Positions 55,215 through 64,000 of a DNA stretch of 64,000 nt are shown here, in pieces. The notes under the pieces were generated by a model, which was given only the letters and a program-made list of their open reading frames with translations, ran no database searches and was not told the origin of the DNA. This DNA comes from Kiritimatiellia bacterium (GTDB lineage: Bacteria > Verrucomicrobiota > Kiritimatiellia > CAIQIC01 > Lenti-01). A program made the translations under genes and the position numbers. Positions within the stretch are counted from its first letter, which is position 1. The number at the start of each line of letters is the position of its first letter. The stretch lies in assembly GCA_017540905.1 (NCBI GenBank), contig JAFYAC010000018.1, positions 42,344 through 106,343 on the forward strand, given 5' to 3'.

Positions 55215-58200
55215 TTATTCCGCGGGGCGGAGAAGGAGGCGGATGAAGAGGCGGGGCGGCTGGTTGGTGGGGGCGGGGCGGAAGCGCAGGGCGAGCGGGC
55301 CTTCGGAGTCTGCCGGAAGGAGTTCCCCGTCCGCAGGGGCGCGCCAGGCGGGCGGGGTCAGGGTGTCGGTGACCTGGATTTCGGCGGCGATGCCGTGGTC
55401 GCCGGGGGTGAAGGAGAGGGCGTAGGTGCTGTCGGGGAGGGTCTGGTGGAGGGTTGCAACGGCGTTGGTTTCGAGAAGGTATTCTTCGGGGTAGCCGCGG
55501 CCGGTGGCCGGGTTGGTCGTCCACGGGGTATCGATGCCGCGGTCGGCGGCCCAGATCTCGAAGTCGGTGCCTTCGCGCGGGACGAAGAGGGCGGTCACGG
55601 CGATGGGGTTGGTCGGGACGAGGGTGAAGACGGTGTTGGTCGAGAGGAGGGGGCCGGGGATGTCGTCGGCGGTGCGGGTAACGGGGACGCGGCGGGCGGA
55701 TGCAGAAGACTCCGCTTCGGCGGGGGCCGTGACGGTGATGTCGTTGAAGAGGAAGTTGCGTTCGGGGCCGGAGCCGGCCATCCAGTTCAGGAAGCCGATG
55801 CCGCGGACAGGGGCGGAGAGGGGGATGCCGGTGGCGAGGGGGGTGCCGTCGAGGATGAAATCGACGGAGGTGGCGGTGGCAAAGCGGAAGGTGGCGGTGT
55901 GGGCGGTGTTCGGGGTCTTGGGAACGTCAGTGGCGAGGTCGAGGGTGTTGGTGCCGGCGCGGATGTCGCAGAGGTCGCTGTCGCCGTGGGCGTAAAAGGT
56001 GAAAAGGCCGTTTTCGTCGTCGTCGAGAAGCGCCCAGCCGACGAGGCCGGACACATAGGCGTACGGGGTCTCGGGGCCGATGGGGCCGTGGGCGAAGCGG
56101 AAGGAGAGGGTGCGTCCGGCGGTGGGCTGGGCATTGGTGGGGAAGGTGCGGGTGGCGACGGCTTCGGGGATGTAGTCGAGGGGGTTGGTAGAGCCGGCGT
56201 AGAGGTAGAAGGTGTCGGGGCCGAGGATGGCGGAGTATTCGCTGCCTTTTCCGGCCCAGCCGCCGCTGGTTCCTTCCCAGATGCGGAAGTCCCAGTTGGC
56301 GAGGGCGGCGCCGGTTTCGTGGAAGAGGGTGGACGGGTCGGGCGTCGGGTCGGGATCGGACGGGGCGGGGGCAACACCGGGGTCGGCGCGGACCCAGACG
56401 CGGTTGGCATAGACGTTGCAGGGGGTGCCGGGGCCGGCGGTGCGGTTGAAGAATTCGATGCCGGAGATGGCGGTCGGGGCGGAGAGGGCGAAGGGGCGTC
56501 CGGCGACGGTGACGGCGAGGGTGCCGTCGGCGGCGGGGGCGACGGTGACGTCGATGCCGGTTTTCACGACGGGGATGCCGGTGTCGAGGGGGGCGCCGGT
56601 GCCGGCGGGAATCAGCAGGTAGTCGGGCACGCCGGCGGCGGCGAGGAGGACGAAGGATTCGCCGGTGTCGGTCAGGAGGATGGCCCCGGCGCAGGCGGCG
56701 GGGTCGTCGAGGGTGTTGTTCTGGAAGGAGAAGGCGAGGTCGCATCCGGTGGTCAGGGCGAAGCCGAAGCGGCGGCGGAGGGTGGAGGTGCCGCCGTTGT
56801 TGGCCCAGAGTCCGAAGGAGGGGGTACCGATGTTGCAGAGGAGGTCGGTATTGCGCCAGGCTCCGGCGGAGCCGGTGGTGGCGAGGGTCCAGGCGTCGAG
56901 GGAGGCGCCGTCTTCGTAGAAAAGGGTGGTGCGCTGGAGGGGGGCGTCGAGGGGGACGGTGGCGTCGGCGTCGGGCGCGCCGGAATCGGGGGCGGTGCGG
57001 AGGCGGTCGAAGAGGAGGTCGGTGGCGGGTCCGGCGGGGCGGGCGGGGTCGGGGTTTTTGTAGAGGCGGACGCCGGTGATGGCGGTGCCGGCGGGAAGGG
57101 CGACGTCGGCGAGGTAGGTGGTGTCGCCGCGGGCGAGGCGCAGCTGCCAGGCGTCGGCGGCGGTGTGGGCGAGGGTCATGCGGATGGGCATTCCGGGGAT
57201 GTGCGGGAAGTTGGAGGCGAGGTAGGTGGTGCCGGCGATGCGGAGGCGGTAGGTTTCGCCTTCGCCGCCTTCGTCGGTGAGGATGAGCTGGACGGGTTTG
57301 CTGGCGCCGCCCGCGGTGATGAAGGCGACGCCAGCCCCGCCGTTGCCGCCGGAGAGGCCGAAGGCGACGTCGATGGACATTTCTTCGCCGACGGCCAGCG
57401 CGGAGCCGCCTTCGAGTTCGCGGAGGAGGGTGACGTAGCCGCCGTCGCCGGCGCGGAGGGCGAAGGCGGTGCCGTTTTCGCTGCGTCCGTGGAGGGGCAT
57501 GGCGGAGGTGCCGACGAAGGCGGTGCGGGTGCCGTCGCCGTAGTAGGTGGCCTGCCACGGGCCCCAGCCGGTGCCGAGGGAAGCGGCGGGGAAGGAGGCG
57601 GCGGGGGTGTAGTTGGCGGCGCAGTCGGCGGCGCGCGGGGCGGGGTCGGCGGGCGGGAGGAGGTCGGGGGTGGCGTACCATCCGGCGAAGGCGTTGCCGG
57701 GCGCGGGCACGGCCTGGAGTTCGAGCGGAAGGTCGTTGGGGAAGGTGGCGCGGAGGGGGAGAGGCACGTCCGAACCGGCGAGGCGGATGGTGCCGCATCC
57801 GGTGCCGCCGGCGGCGAGCGCGACGTCGCGCAGGGGACCGAGACCGTAGCGTTTGCGGGTGTGCCAGGCGAAGGCTTCGGGCCGGGCGAGGAGCCAGCGG
57901 CGGATGTCGTCGATGCGCCGGTCGAAGTCGGCCGCGGTCTGGGGCTGGCGCCAGCGGGCGCCGTTGTCGTCCATCCCGGCGTCGCGGAGTTCGGCGGCGA
58001 TGCGGTCGAGGGCGGCGGTGGCGGACGGGGCGGACCAGGCGGTGGCGAGGCGGAGGTGGAGGTGCGCGAGGTAGCGGTCGCGGAAGGCGGGGTTCGTCAT
58101 GGCCGCGAAGAAGGGGCGGACGGCGTCGGGAAACCAGTCGCCGACGTAGGGGCCTTCGCCGGGGAAGAGGCCGGTGTAGGGGTCGTGGGCGGCGCCGAGG

Positions 58201-59612
58201 CCGTCGGCGTGGTCGGGGACGTAGTCGAAGGGGAGCGCGAACGCGAAGTCGAGGTCGTGGAAGGTCCAGTTCCAGCGGCCGTCGTTGCGCGGGCGGGCGC
58301 GGTCCACCGCGGAGCCGGCGTCGCCGTCCGGCCAGGCGCGCCACCAGCGCTGGTTGTTCTGTGGCCAGTCGGAGTTGCCGGCGTAGAGTTCGCCGGCGAA
58401 GTGGCGGAGGAGAGAGTCGGGGTTGATCCGGTTCGTGAACCACGTCCAGCGGGCGGGGTCGGTGAGGTCGTCGCCCCAGGCTTCGAGCTGGCGGAGGATC
58501 GCGTCGAAGTCGGTGTATGCGGCGGAGGTGCGCTCTTCGTCGTCCTCGCCGAGTCCTTCGTTGACCTGCGGGAAGGGCTTGCCGTCGGCGTATTCGAGCA
58601 GCGTGAAGGCGTCGGAATCGGCGATGCCGAGCTGGTTCTTGAAGAAGCCGGATTCGTAGCGCTCGCGGAGCTCGTGGACGCCCCAGTAGACGCCGTCGAG
58701 ATAGAGCACGCACGTCGCGCCCGCCTCCCACTCCACCTCCGGGTCCGCGAGGAGGAGCTCCGCGAGACGGTCGCGCAGGATGGCCTTGTTCCAGTCGTTG
58801 CCGCCCATCCGCACGATGAGGCACGCGTGCTTGCGGACGTCGGGCTTGTCCGCGAAGAAGGGGTGGTCGAACGGGTCCTTCTTGCCCTTCACCGGGTTGT
58901 AGTCCTTCCAGCCCGTCAGGCGGAGCGACTTCTTGGGGCGGCCGACCGTGCTCGTGCCCTGCACGCGCAGCTCGCACCACTTCGCGACCCGGCGCGCGCC
59001 GTCCGCGAAGTACTCCACGTGCGCGTTCGGGACCTTGGACTTGTTGGCCGCCGTCGGATGCCGGTAGATGCCGGGGCCGTTGACGTTGTCGAAGAGGTCC
59101 GCCCACTCCGCGCAGAGCGAGACGACCGGCGCCGACCCGTGGCGCGTCGCCATGGAGCCGAGCAGGTAGCTGGCCGTGGCGATGGGCCCGACCCGCCCCT
59201 CCGCATCCACCGCGGCGGCGCGCAGGACGGGAATCGTGCGGGGCGGCTCGGCGGGCGGGTACCAGGGATCGTAGATGTCCTGCTCGTTGGCGCCGGTCAT
59301 GATGCGGCTGATGGCGTCCGGCCCGTCGTCGCGGCCGTTCGCGAGGGCGATGGGACCGGCGTACTCCTGCACCGTCGGACTCCACAGCACCTCCCCGGCG
59401 GCGTTGGTGCAGACGGGACGCGACCCGTCGAGCGTATAGTAGATCGCGCACCCCTCCTCCGCCGAGAGCGTGACGGCGATTTCCTCCCCCGCCTCCGGGT
59501 ACACCCCCGCCAGCGGATCGATGGACACCGCCCCCGGCCCGTCCGCCGCCCATGCCGAGACCACCGCCATTCCGGCGGCCAGCGCCAACCAAAACCAACC
59601 TGTCCTGTCCAC
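55215..59612 (-). CDS. Giant secreted CotH-family protein (1465 aa) with an N-terminal chitobiase/hexosaminidase-C-like domain and C-terminal beta-rich repeat domains
   Basis: Signal peptide; IYYTLDGSRP (CHB_HEX_C-like); CotH-like core (VEYFADG ... RVQGTSTVGRPKKSLRL ... GGNDWNKAILRDRLAELL); AFAGWYATP Flg_new-like module; long Gly/Thr-rich C-terminal region. Confidence 0.65.
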   Translation of the reverse strand: MDRTGWFWLALAAGMAVVSAWAADGPGAVSIDPLAGVYPEAGEEIAVTLSAEEGCAIYYTLDGSRPVCTNAAGEVLWSPTVQEYAGPIALANGRDDGPDAISRIMTGANEQDIYDPWYPPAEPPRTIPVLRAAAVDAEGRVGPIATASYLLGSMATRHGSAPVVSLCAEWADLFDNVNGPGIYRHPTAANKSKVPNAHVEYFADGARRVAKWCELRVQGTSTVGRPKKSLRLTGWKDYNPVKGKKDPFDHPFFADKPDVRKHACLIVRMGGNDWNKAILRDRLAELLLADPEVEWEAGATCVLYLDGVYWGVHELRERYESGFFKNQLGIADSDAFTLLEYADGKPFPQVNEGLGEDDEERTSAAYTDFDAILRQLEAWGDDLTDPARWTWFTNRINPDSLLRHFAGELYAGNSDWPQNNQRWWRAWPDGDAGSAVDRARPRNDGRWNWTFHDLDFAFALPFDYVPDHADGLGAAHDPYTGLFPGEGPYVGDWFPDAVRPFFAAMTNPAFRDRYLAHLHLRLATAWSAPSATAALDRIAAELRDAGMDDNGARWRQPQTAADFDRRIDDIRRWLLARPEAFAWHTRKRYGLGPLRDVALAAGGTGCGTIRLAGSDVPLPLRATFPNDLPLELQAVPAPGNAFAGWYATPDLLPPADPAPRAADCAANYTPAASFPAASLGTGWGPWQATYYGDGTRTAFVGTSAMPLHGRSENGTAFALRAGDGGYVTLLRELEGGSALAVGEEMSIDVAFGLSGGNGGAGVAFITAGGASKPVQLILTDEGGEGETYRLRIAGTTYLASNFPHIPGMPIRMTLAHTAADAWQLRLARGDTTYLADVALPAGTAITGVRLYKNPDPARPAGPATDLLFDRLRTAPDSGAPDADATVPLDAPLQRTTLFYEDGASLDAWTLATTGSAGAWRNTDLLCNIGTPSFGLWANNGGTSTLRRRFGFALTTGCDLAFSFQNNTLDDPAACAGAILLTDTGESFVLLAAAGVPDYLLIPAGTGAPLDTGIPVVKTGIDVTVAPAADGTLAVTVAGRPFALSAPTAISGIEFFNRTAGPGTPCNVYANRVWVRADPGVAPAPSDPDPTPDPSTLFHETGAALANWDFRIWEGTSGGWAGKGSEYSAILGPDTFYLYAGSTNPLDYIPEAVATRTFPTNAQPTAGRTLSFRFAHGPIGPETPYAYVSGLVGWALLDDDENGLFTFYAHGDSDLCDIRAGTNTLDLATDVPKTPNTAHTATFRFATATSVDFILDGTPLATGIPLSAPVRGIGFLNWMAGSGPERNFLFNDITVTAPAEAESSASARRVPVTRTADDIPGPLLSTNTVFTLVPTNPIAVTALFVPREGTDFEIWAADRGIDTPWTTNPATGRGYPEEYLLETNAVATLHQTLPDSTYALSFTPGDHGIAAEIQVTDTLTPPAWRAPADGELLPADSEGPLALRFRPAPTNQPPRLFIRLLLRPAE

Positions 59613-59844
59613 GACGATACCTCCGGTGCCGATTGCGTTGCATCGCGCACTGCGCGACGAATTCCGGGGGCAACTTATTCCATTTGCCCCTCTGCCTCAA
59701 CCCAAAACGACGCGGGGACATGCCCCCGCAATGCTCCGCAGGGAAGCGAAGCGGGCGATGGGGGCGATGGGGGCGATTGGGTGCTTGAGTTTTGGGCGGG
59801 GGGAGGGTATCGTGGACGGAAATGTGGAAAACGAGGAATTGAGA

Positions 59845-60033
59845 ATGAATCTGACGCTTGGCTACATCGATCCGGGGAGCGGGAGCATCATGCTCCAGGT
59901 GCTGCTGGCTTCGTGCGTGGGAGGGGTGGCGCTCTTCTGGGGGAAGCTGAAGGCGCTGTTCGGCGGGAAGAAGCCGGACCAGGACGCCGCGGAGGGGCCG
60001 AAGGACGGGGACAAGCCGTCCGGGACGGCATGA
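59845..60033 (+). CDS. Small (62 aa) putative membrane peptide, translationally coupled to the downstream gene
   Basis: RBS-like GAGGAA; MNLTLGYIDPGSGSIMLQVLLASCVGGVALFWGKL hydrophobic core then a Lys/Asp-rich tail. Stop lies 4 nt before the GTG of the next gene. Could be non-coding. Confidence 0.3.
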   Translation: MNLTLGYIDPGSGSIMLQVLLASCVGGVALFWGKLKALFGGKKPDQDAAEGPKDGDKPSGTA

Positions 60034-60037
60034 AGCG

Positions 60038-61213
60038 GTGTTCGGCCGCCTGATCCAGCAGTGGAAGGACGGCCGGCGCGCGTGGGCCGGGTTCCAGGCC
60101 TTCAACGCGCTGCCGCGGAGCCGCCGGAAAATCGTGTTCTACGCGGAGACCGCCGCGGACTGGGCGTATCTCGGTCCGACGGCCGCCGCGCTGGAAAAAA
60201 TGGGGCGCGGCTGGGCCGCGGTCTGTTCGGATCCGCGGGATCCGGCCCTGGCGCGGGACAATGCGTTCTACGTGGGGTTCGGCATGCCGCGGACGGCCCT
60301 GTTCCGGAACATCGACGCGGACGCGTTCGTGATGACGTTGCCGGACATCGAGACCTTCCAGCTCAAGCGGTCGGTCAATCCGGTGCATTATTTCTACATT
60401 TTCCATTCCATCGCGTCGATGCATCGGGTCTACCGGGAGCACGCGATGGACGGCTACGACACCATCCTGTGCGTCGGGCCGCACCACGAGCGGGAAATCC
60501 GGAAGACCGAGGAAGTGTACGGGCTGGAGCCGAAGCGCCTGCTGAAGCACGGATACAGCCGGCTCGACACGCTGATGCACGACGTGGCCGCCTTCCGCGA
60601 GGCCCACCCGGGCGCGGACGAGGTGCCGGGAAATCCGCTGCGGGTCCTCGTGGCGCCGACGTGGGGCGAGTGTTCACTGGTGGAGCACGGCCTGGAGGGG
60701 CTGCTGGACGCGCTGCTGCGGGCGGGATTCCAGACCACGCTGCGCCTGCACACCATGACCAAGCGCCACAAGCCGGGCCTGGTGCCGGAGCTGATGCGGC
60801 GGTTCGGCGCGGCCGGGCTGGCCATCGACCCCGACATCAACACGACGCAGGCGCTGGTGGAGTCGGACATCATGGTCAGCGAGTGGAGCGGCTCGCCGCT
60901 GGAATACGCGTTCGCGCTGCTCAAGCCGGTGATTTTCGTGGATACGCCGCCGAAGGTCCACAATCCCGCGTTCGGCAAGCTGGGTTTGCCCTGCCTGGAG
61001 GAGGAGATACGCGGCCTGATCGGCGAAATCGTGCCCGAGGGGCGCTGGGAGACGCTGCCGGACACCGTGCGCCGCCTGGTGGCCGCGCGGCCGGAATGGA
61101 AGGACCGCATCGCGGCGGTGCGGGACGCAACCGTCTACAACCTGGGGCGCAGCGGGGAAGCCGGGGCCGAGGGGATCGTGCGGACGCTCGGGGAATTGGG
61201 GAAGGGCGGCTGA
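60038..61213 (+). CDS. CDP-glycerol glycerophosphotransferase (TagB/TagF)-like protein
   Basis: 391 aa, GTG start. VLVAPTWG resembles the TagF-family APTWR motif, with a C-terminal Rossmann-like half. Family call is moderate confidence. Confidence 0.5.
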   Translation: MFGRLIQQWKDGRRAWAGFQAFNALPRSRRKIVFYAETAADWAYLGPTAAALEKMGRGWAAVCSDPRDPALARDNAFYVGFGMPRTALFRNIDADAFVMTLPDIETFQLKRSVNPVHYFYIFHSIASMHRVYREHAMDGYDTILCVGPHHEREIRKTEEVYGLEPKRLLKHGYSRLDTLMHDVAAFREAHPGADEVPGNPLRVLVAPTWGECSLVEHGLEGLLDALLRAGFQTTLRLHTMTKRHKPGLVPELMRRFGAAGLAIDPDINTTQALVESDIMVSEWSGSPLEYAFALLKPVIFVDTPPKVHNPAFGKLGLPCLEEEIRGLIGEIVPEGRWETLPDTVRRLVAARPEWKDRIAAVRDATVYNLGRSGEAGAEGIVRTLGELGKGG

Positions 61214-61254
61214 CGCGGCAAGGGGGGAAAAGCACCCATTCCGGGGCGGGACGG

Positions 61255-61318
61255 TTTTCCGACGATTGGAAAAAAGTTTTCCAATGATTGGAAAAAAAGT
61301 TTCCAATGGTTGGAAAAC
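61255..61318. repeat. Three tandem palindromic units (TTTTCCAATGATTGGAAAA and variants) between convergent genes
   Basis: Same palindromic unit as at 1684-1736. Confidence 0.6.
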
Positions 61319-61337
61319 TTCCGCGGGGCGCGGAGCG

Positions 61338-62267
61338 TCAGGCTTGCGGGCGCGGGGGCAGGGATGTCAGCCAGCGGAGGAGACGGTTCCGGAGGTGGAG
61401 GGCGGGACCGGAGGGGGCCGGGGCTTCCAGAATGCGCGAGATGGCGGCTTTCGTCGCTTCGAACCGCTCCGGGGTGACGGCAACGGAATGTCCGCGCGAG
61501 ATTACTGAAAAACCGGTTGTTTTTCGCCTTTTCTCGGATGCGGAGCGGCGGCGGGCGGGAGCCTTTCTGACGGCGACCAGGCGGACAATCCCGAGCTTTT
61601 TCTCGGCGTGGAGGGAGAGGGCCTTGAGGGTCGGGTTCTCGCGGAGGATGGCGGCCAGGCGGCGGCGGGCAGCCTGGTAGGGGGATTGAAGGACGGAGGG
61701 AAGCGACTGGCCGGCGGGGAGGCCGTCGATGAGCCATTCGAGGGGAAGCCGGTCGTCGAGGGAGAGGATTTGGCGGAGGCGCTGGGCGAGTTTCTTGTAG
61801 CGCATGGCGGTGGAATAGGGGATGGCGACGCGGCGGTCCTCCAGCCAGCCTTTCACGCCGCCGGGACGGGCGCGGAAGACGGTTTTGCCGTTGGAGAGGG
61901 TGCGGCGGGATATGGTGTGGTCGAGGGTCGGGTCGAGATCGGCCAGGCGGGAGCCGAGGCGGAGGCGGTCGCGGAGGGTGCGGGGCTGGGCGGTCCAGGG
62001 AGCGGCGAGGTCGGCGGGGGTGGGCGTTCCGCGGAGGGAGGGGGAGACGGGGCGCTTTTCGCGGATGCGCAGCTGGCGGCCGATCTCGTCAAGGGCCCAG
62101 GTGCCGATTTCGGTGAGGGCGAAGGCGGCGAGAAGGGGCGGGGTGAGGGCGAGCATGAGCAGCGGGGCGTTGCGGCCGTTGGCGGCGTTGATGGAGGCGA
62201 AGTCGCGACCGACGGCGGTGACGACGGCGCCGGTGCGGGAGAAGATGCGGTCGATGGATGTGTTCAT
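61338..62267 (-). CDS. Hypothetical protein, paralog C of the three-member family
   Basis: 309 aa starting MNTSIDRIF, collinear with paralogs A and B. Confidence 0.6.
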   Translation of the reverse strand: MNTSIDRIFSRTGAVVTAVGRDFASINAANGRNAPLLMLALTPPLLAAFALTEIGTWALDEIGRQLRIREKRPVSPSLRGTPTPADLAAPWTAQPRTLRDRLRLGSRLADLDPTLDHTISRRTLSNGKTVFRARPGGVKGWLEDRRVAIPYSTAMRYKKLAQRLRQILSLDDRLPLEWLIDGLPAGQSLPSVLQSPYQAARRRLAAILRENPTLKALSLHAEKKLGIVRLVAVRKAPARRRSASEKRRKTTGFSVISRGHSVAVTPERFEATKAAISRILEAPAPSGPALHLRNRLLRWLTSLPPRPQA

Positions 62268-62295
62268 GGGTGGGGAGTGTGGGGGAGGAAGGGGG

Positions 62296-62322
62296 GAAAT
62301 GCAAGTGTTTTCTGTAATCTCG
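62296..62322 (-). promoter_or_regulatory. Conserved promoter-like motif upstream of paralog C (minus strand reads CGAGATTACAGAAAACACTTGCATTTCC)
   Basis: Begins about 55 nt upstream of the ATG at 62267. Confidence 0.4.
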
Positions 62323-62434
62323 TTGGATTGGGGGAGGTGGGGGCGGGAGGGGGAGAAAAAGGGGCTTGGAGGAGGTGGGGGTGGGGGAGTATAAGGTGGG
62401 AGTGAATGTGAATCATAGACCACAGGAGGATTGC

Positions 62435-64000
62435 ATGAGCTGGTTCAGGATGTCGGTGGTTGGCGCGGTCGCGGCCGGGTTGCTGGCGGTGGCGGCAGGG
62501 ACGGCACGGGCGGATTACGCCAGGGGGTATTTCAACAACTGGGCGAACGACTGTCCGCTGACGCAGACGGGGGACTACTACTCCGGCACCCTCCAGGCCC
62601 ACGCCGGCGGCGACGCGGGGCTCAAGTTCGACCTCGACGGCAACTGGGGCAGCTCCACCTGGGGCGGGACGTCCGCGTCGGCCGCCACGGTCAACGGGAC
62701 CGTCGGGTCCGCCAGCTGGTCGCAGTCCGGCAACCTGCCCATGGACGTCTCGGACGGCGCCTACTACACGTTCCACCTCGCGGGCGACTACAGCTGGGGC
62801 GACCGCTCCTACGTGGTCATGAAGACGACGTATCCGCCGGCGACCATTTTGAACGTGTCCGACGACAGCGCGACGGCCTTCGAGGGCGAGGTGCAGCTGA
62901 CGGCGAACTGCACGGCGGGGACGGCGGTGCAGATCAGCCCGGAAGAGACGTTCTACATCCTGTATTCGACCGACGGATGGGCGACCTCGCACATGGTGGC
63001 CATGGACGGCAGCGGGTTGGTGCGCCGGGGGAAGATTCCGGGGCAGACGGCGGGCACGACGGTGCAGTACAAGGTGTTCGGCACGACGATGCCCACGAAC
63101 TGCCTCACGACGGAAACCATCTATTCCACCCCGAACAACCTCCAGAAAATCTATTTCTGCATGCTCTCGATCAAGGAGGGCAGCTACACGACGGTGTCGG
63201 AGGACATCGAATACGTGGCGGGGAACGCGTGGCACTGCCCGACGAACGCGGAGCCGTGGGCTTCGGCGACGATGCGCAATCCGGCGGAGGTGGTGGACGG
63301 GGACTTCGTTTTCCTGCGCCTGGGCGGGTATCCGGCGTCCGGGGCGGACGCCATCACGTCGGCCCAGCTGAAGTACAAGGTGGATTCGGGCAGCTGGACG
63401 ACCCGCAACCTCAAGCCCGAGGATGTTTCCGCGAGCGACTATCCCGGCAACGCCTACTGGACGAATTCGCTGCCGCAGGACAAGATGACCGAAGGGGCGG
63501 TGGTCCGGTATTATTTCGTGGCCGAGTTCGAGAATTCCGGCCAGTACACCACGACGTACGTGGGGACGACGAACCAGACGGGGAGCGTGGCGTACCTTGA
63601 CGCGGACGAGGCGAAGGCGCACCCGTTCCAGTTCACGGTGGGGGCGGCGCCGGTGCCGGATCCGGGGAACGTGTGGCACGTGCCGGCGAACGAGGAGACG
63701 TGGGGGCGGCCGATGCGCGATCCGCTGGAGCCGGGCGACGGGGCGGCGCCGTTCCTGCGGCTGGGGAACCAGTCGGACGTGCAGGAGGGGTGGATGACGG
63801 CGGCGAACATCAAGTACCGGGTCGGGACGAGCGGGGCGTGGTCGTCGATCCCGATGGGCTGGGAAGAGGGCGCGGGCGGCGAGGGGAGCCAGAACGCGTA
63901 CTGGTCGAACGCGCTGCCGGCCGTGGTGGAGGGGCAGACGGTGCAGTATTATTTCGAGGCGCTGTTCGGGAATTCGGCGTCGCTGGGGACGACGTACGTG
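62435..64000 (+). CDS. Secreted repeat protein, N-terminal 522 aa (gene continues beyond window)
   Basis: Strong SD AGGAGGA 4 nt before ATG; signal peptide MSWFRMSVVGAVAAGLLAVAAGTARA. At least three roughly 110-aa repeats each containing GNxWHxPxNxExW ... MRxP ... KYxV ... YYF. Not in the ORF track because no stop occurs within the window. Confidence 0.7.
   Translation, partial: MSWFRMSVVGAVAAGLLAVAAGTARADYARGYFNNWANDCPLTQTGDYYSGTLQAHAGGDAGLKFDLDGNWGSSTWGGTSASAATVNGTVGSASWSQSGNLPMDVSDGAYYTFHLAGDYSWGDRSYVVMKTTYPPATILNVSDDSATAFEGEVQLTANCTAGTAVQISPEETFYILYSTDGWATSHMVAMDGSGLVRRGKIPGQTAGTTVQYKVFGTTMPTNCLTTETIYSTPNNLQKIYFCMLSIKEGSYTTVSEDIEYVAGNAWHCPTNAEPWASATMRNPAEVVDGDFVFLRLGGYPASGADAITSAQLKYKVDSGSWTTRNLKPEDVSASDYPGNAYWTNSLPQDKMTEGAVVRYYFVAEFENSGQYTTTYVGTTNQTGSVAYLDADEAKAHPFQFTVGAAPVPDPGNVWHVPANEETWGRPMRDPLEPGDGAAPFLRLGNQSDVQEGWMTAANIKYRVGTSGAWSSIPMGWEEGAGGEGSQNAYWSNALPAVVEGQTVQYYFEALFGNSASLGTTYV

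Noticed and set aside
59470-60033. 187-aa ORF 59470..60033 as a real gene
   Set aside because: Only the last 62 codons have an RBS and a plausible hydrophobic peptide. The upstream part overlaps the CotH gene promoter region and is GC-frame noise.

Overview
High-GC (about 65-70%) bacterial chromosomal window. Domain content (FGE/sulfatase-modifying enzyme, giant Listeria-Bacteroides-repeat and CotH proteins, prenyltransferase/squalene-cyclase-repeat proteins, TPR plus ExbBD clusters) suggests a PVC-superphylum-like organism such as Verrucomicrobia, Kiritimatiellae or Lentisphaerae. This lineage guess is inference only. The window splits into a core part and an accessory part. Core: a complete tryptophan operon trpE-G-D-C-(AAA ATPase)-F-B-A on the minus strand, serA, uppP, a YchF-like GTPase, and a TPR/ExbB/ExbD/ExbD/TonB-like operon. 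Accessory: (i) a roughly 16.6-kb, 14-gene minus-strand operon (26051-42697) packed with four ATP-grasp ligases, two MmgE/PrpD-family enzymes, two DegT-type PLP enzymes, a phosphonopyruvate/sulfopyruvate-decarboxylase-family TPP enzyme, an aldo/keto reductase, a 2-hydroxyacid dehydrogenase, an acyltransferase-3 and two APC amino-acid permeases. This is the best candidate for a previously undescribed biosynthetic or glycan-decoration system. (ii) A VapBC toxin-antitoxin pair. (iii) A 2250-aa secreted protein (alpha/beta-hydrolase + BIG2 + about 24 Flg_new repeats) whose first 2 kb is markedly lower in GC. (iv) A 1465-aa CotH-family secreted protein. (v) Three paralogs of a roughly 300-aa hypothetical protein family. 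Each paralog carries a conserved promoter-like motif (GAGATTAYRGAAA...TTGACATTCC or GCATTTCC) about 55 nt upstream of the ATG and an inverted copy of the same motif inside its 3' coding end. Several families of intergenic repeats occur: double-hairpin REP-like units, a nested-inverted-repeat MITE-like element in 2 copies, palindromic TTTTCCAATGATTGGAAAA units at convergent gene ends, and an 8-bp tandem array inside the trp operon. No rRNA, CRISPR array or recognisable IS transposase was seen; tRNAs cannot be excluded by eye. Coordinates derived by residue counting from the ORF track should be accurate to within about 3 nt.
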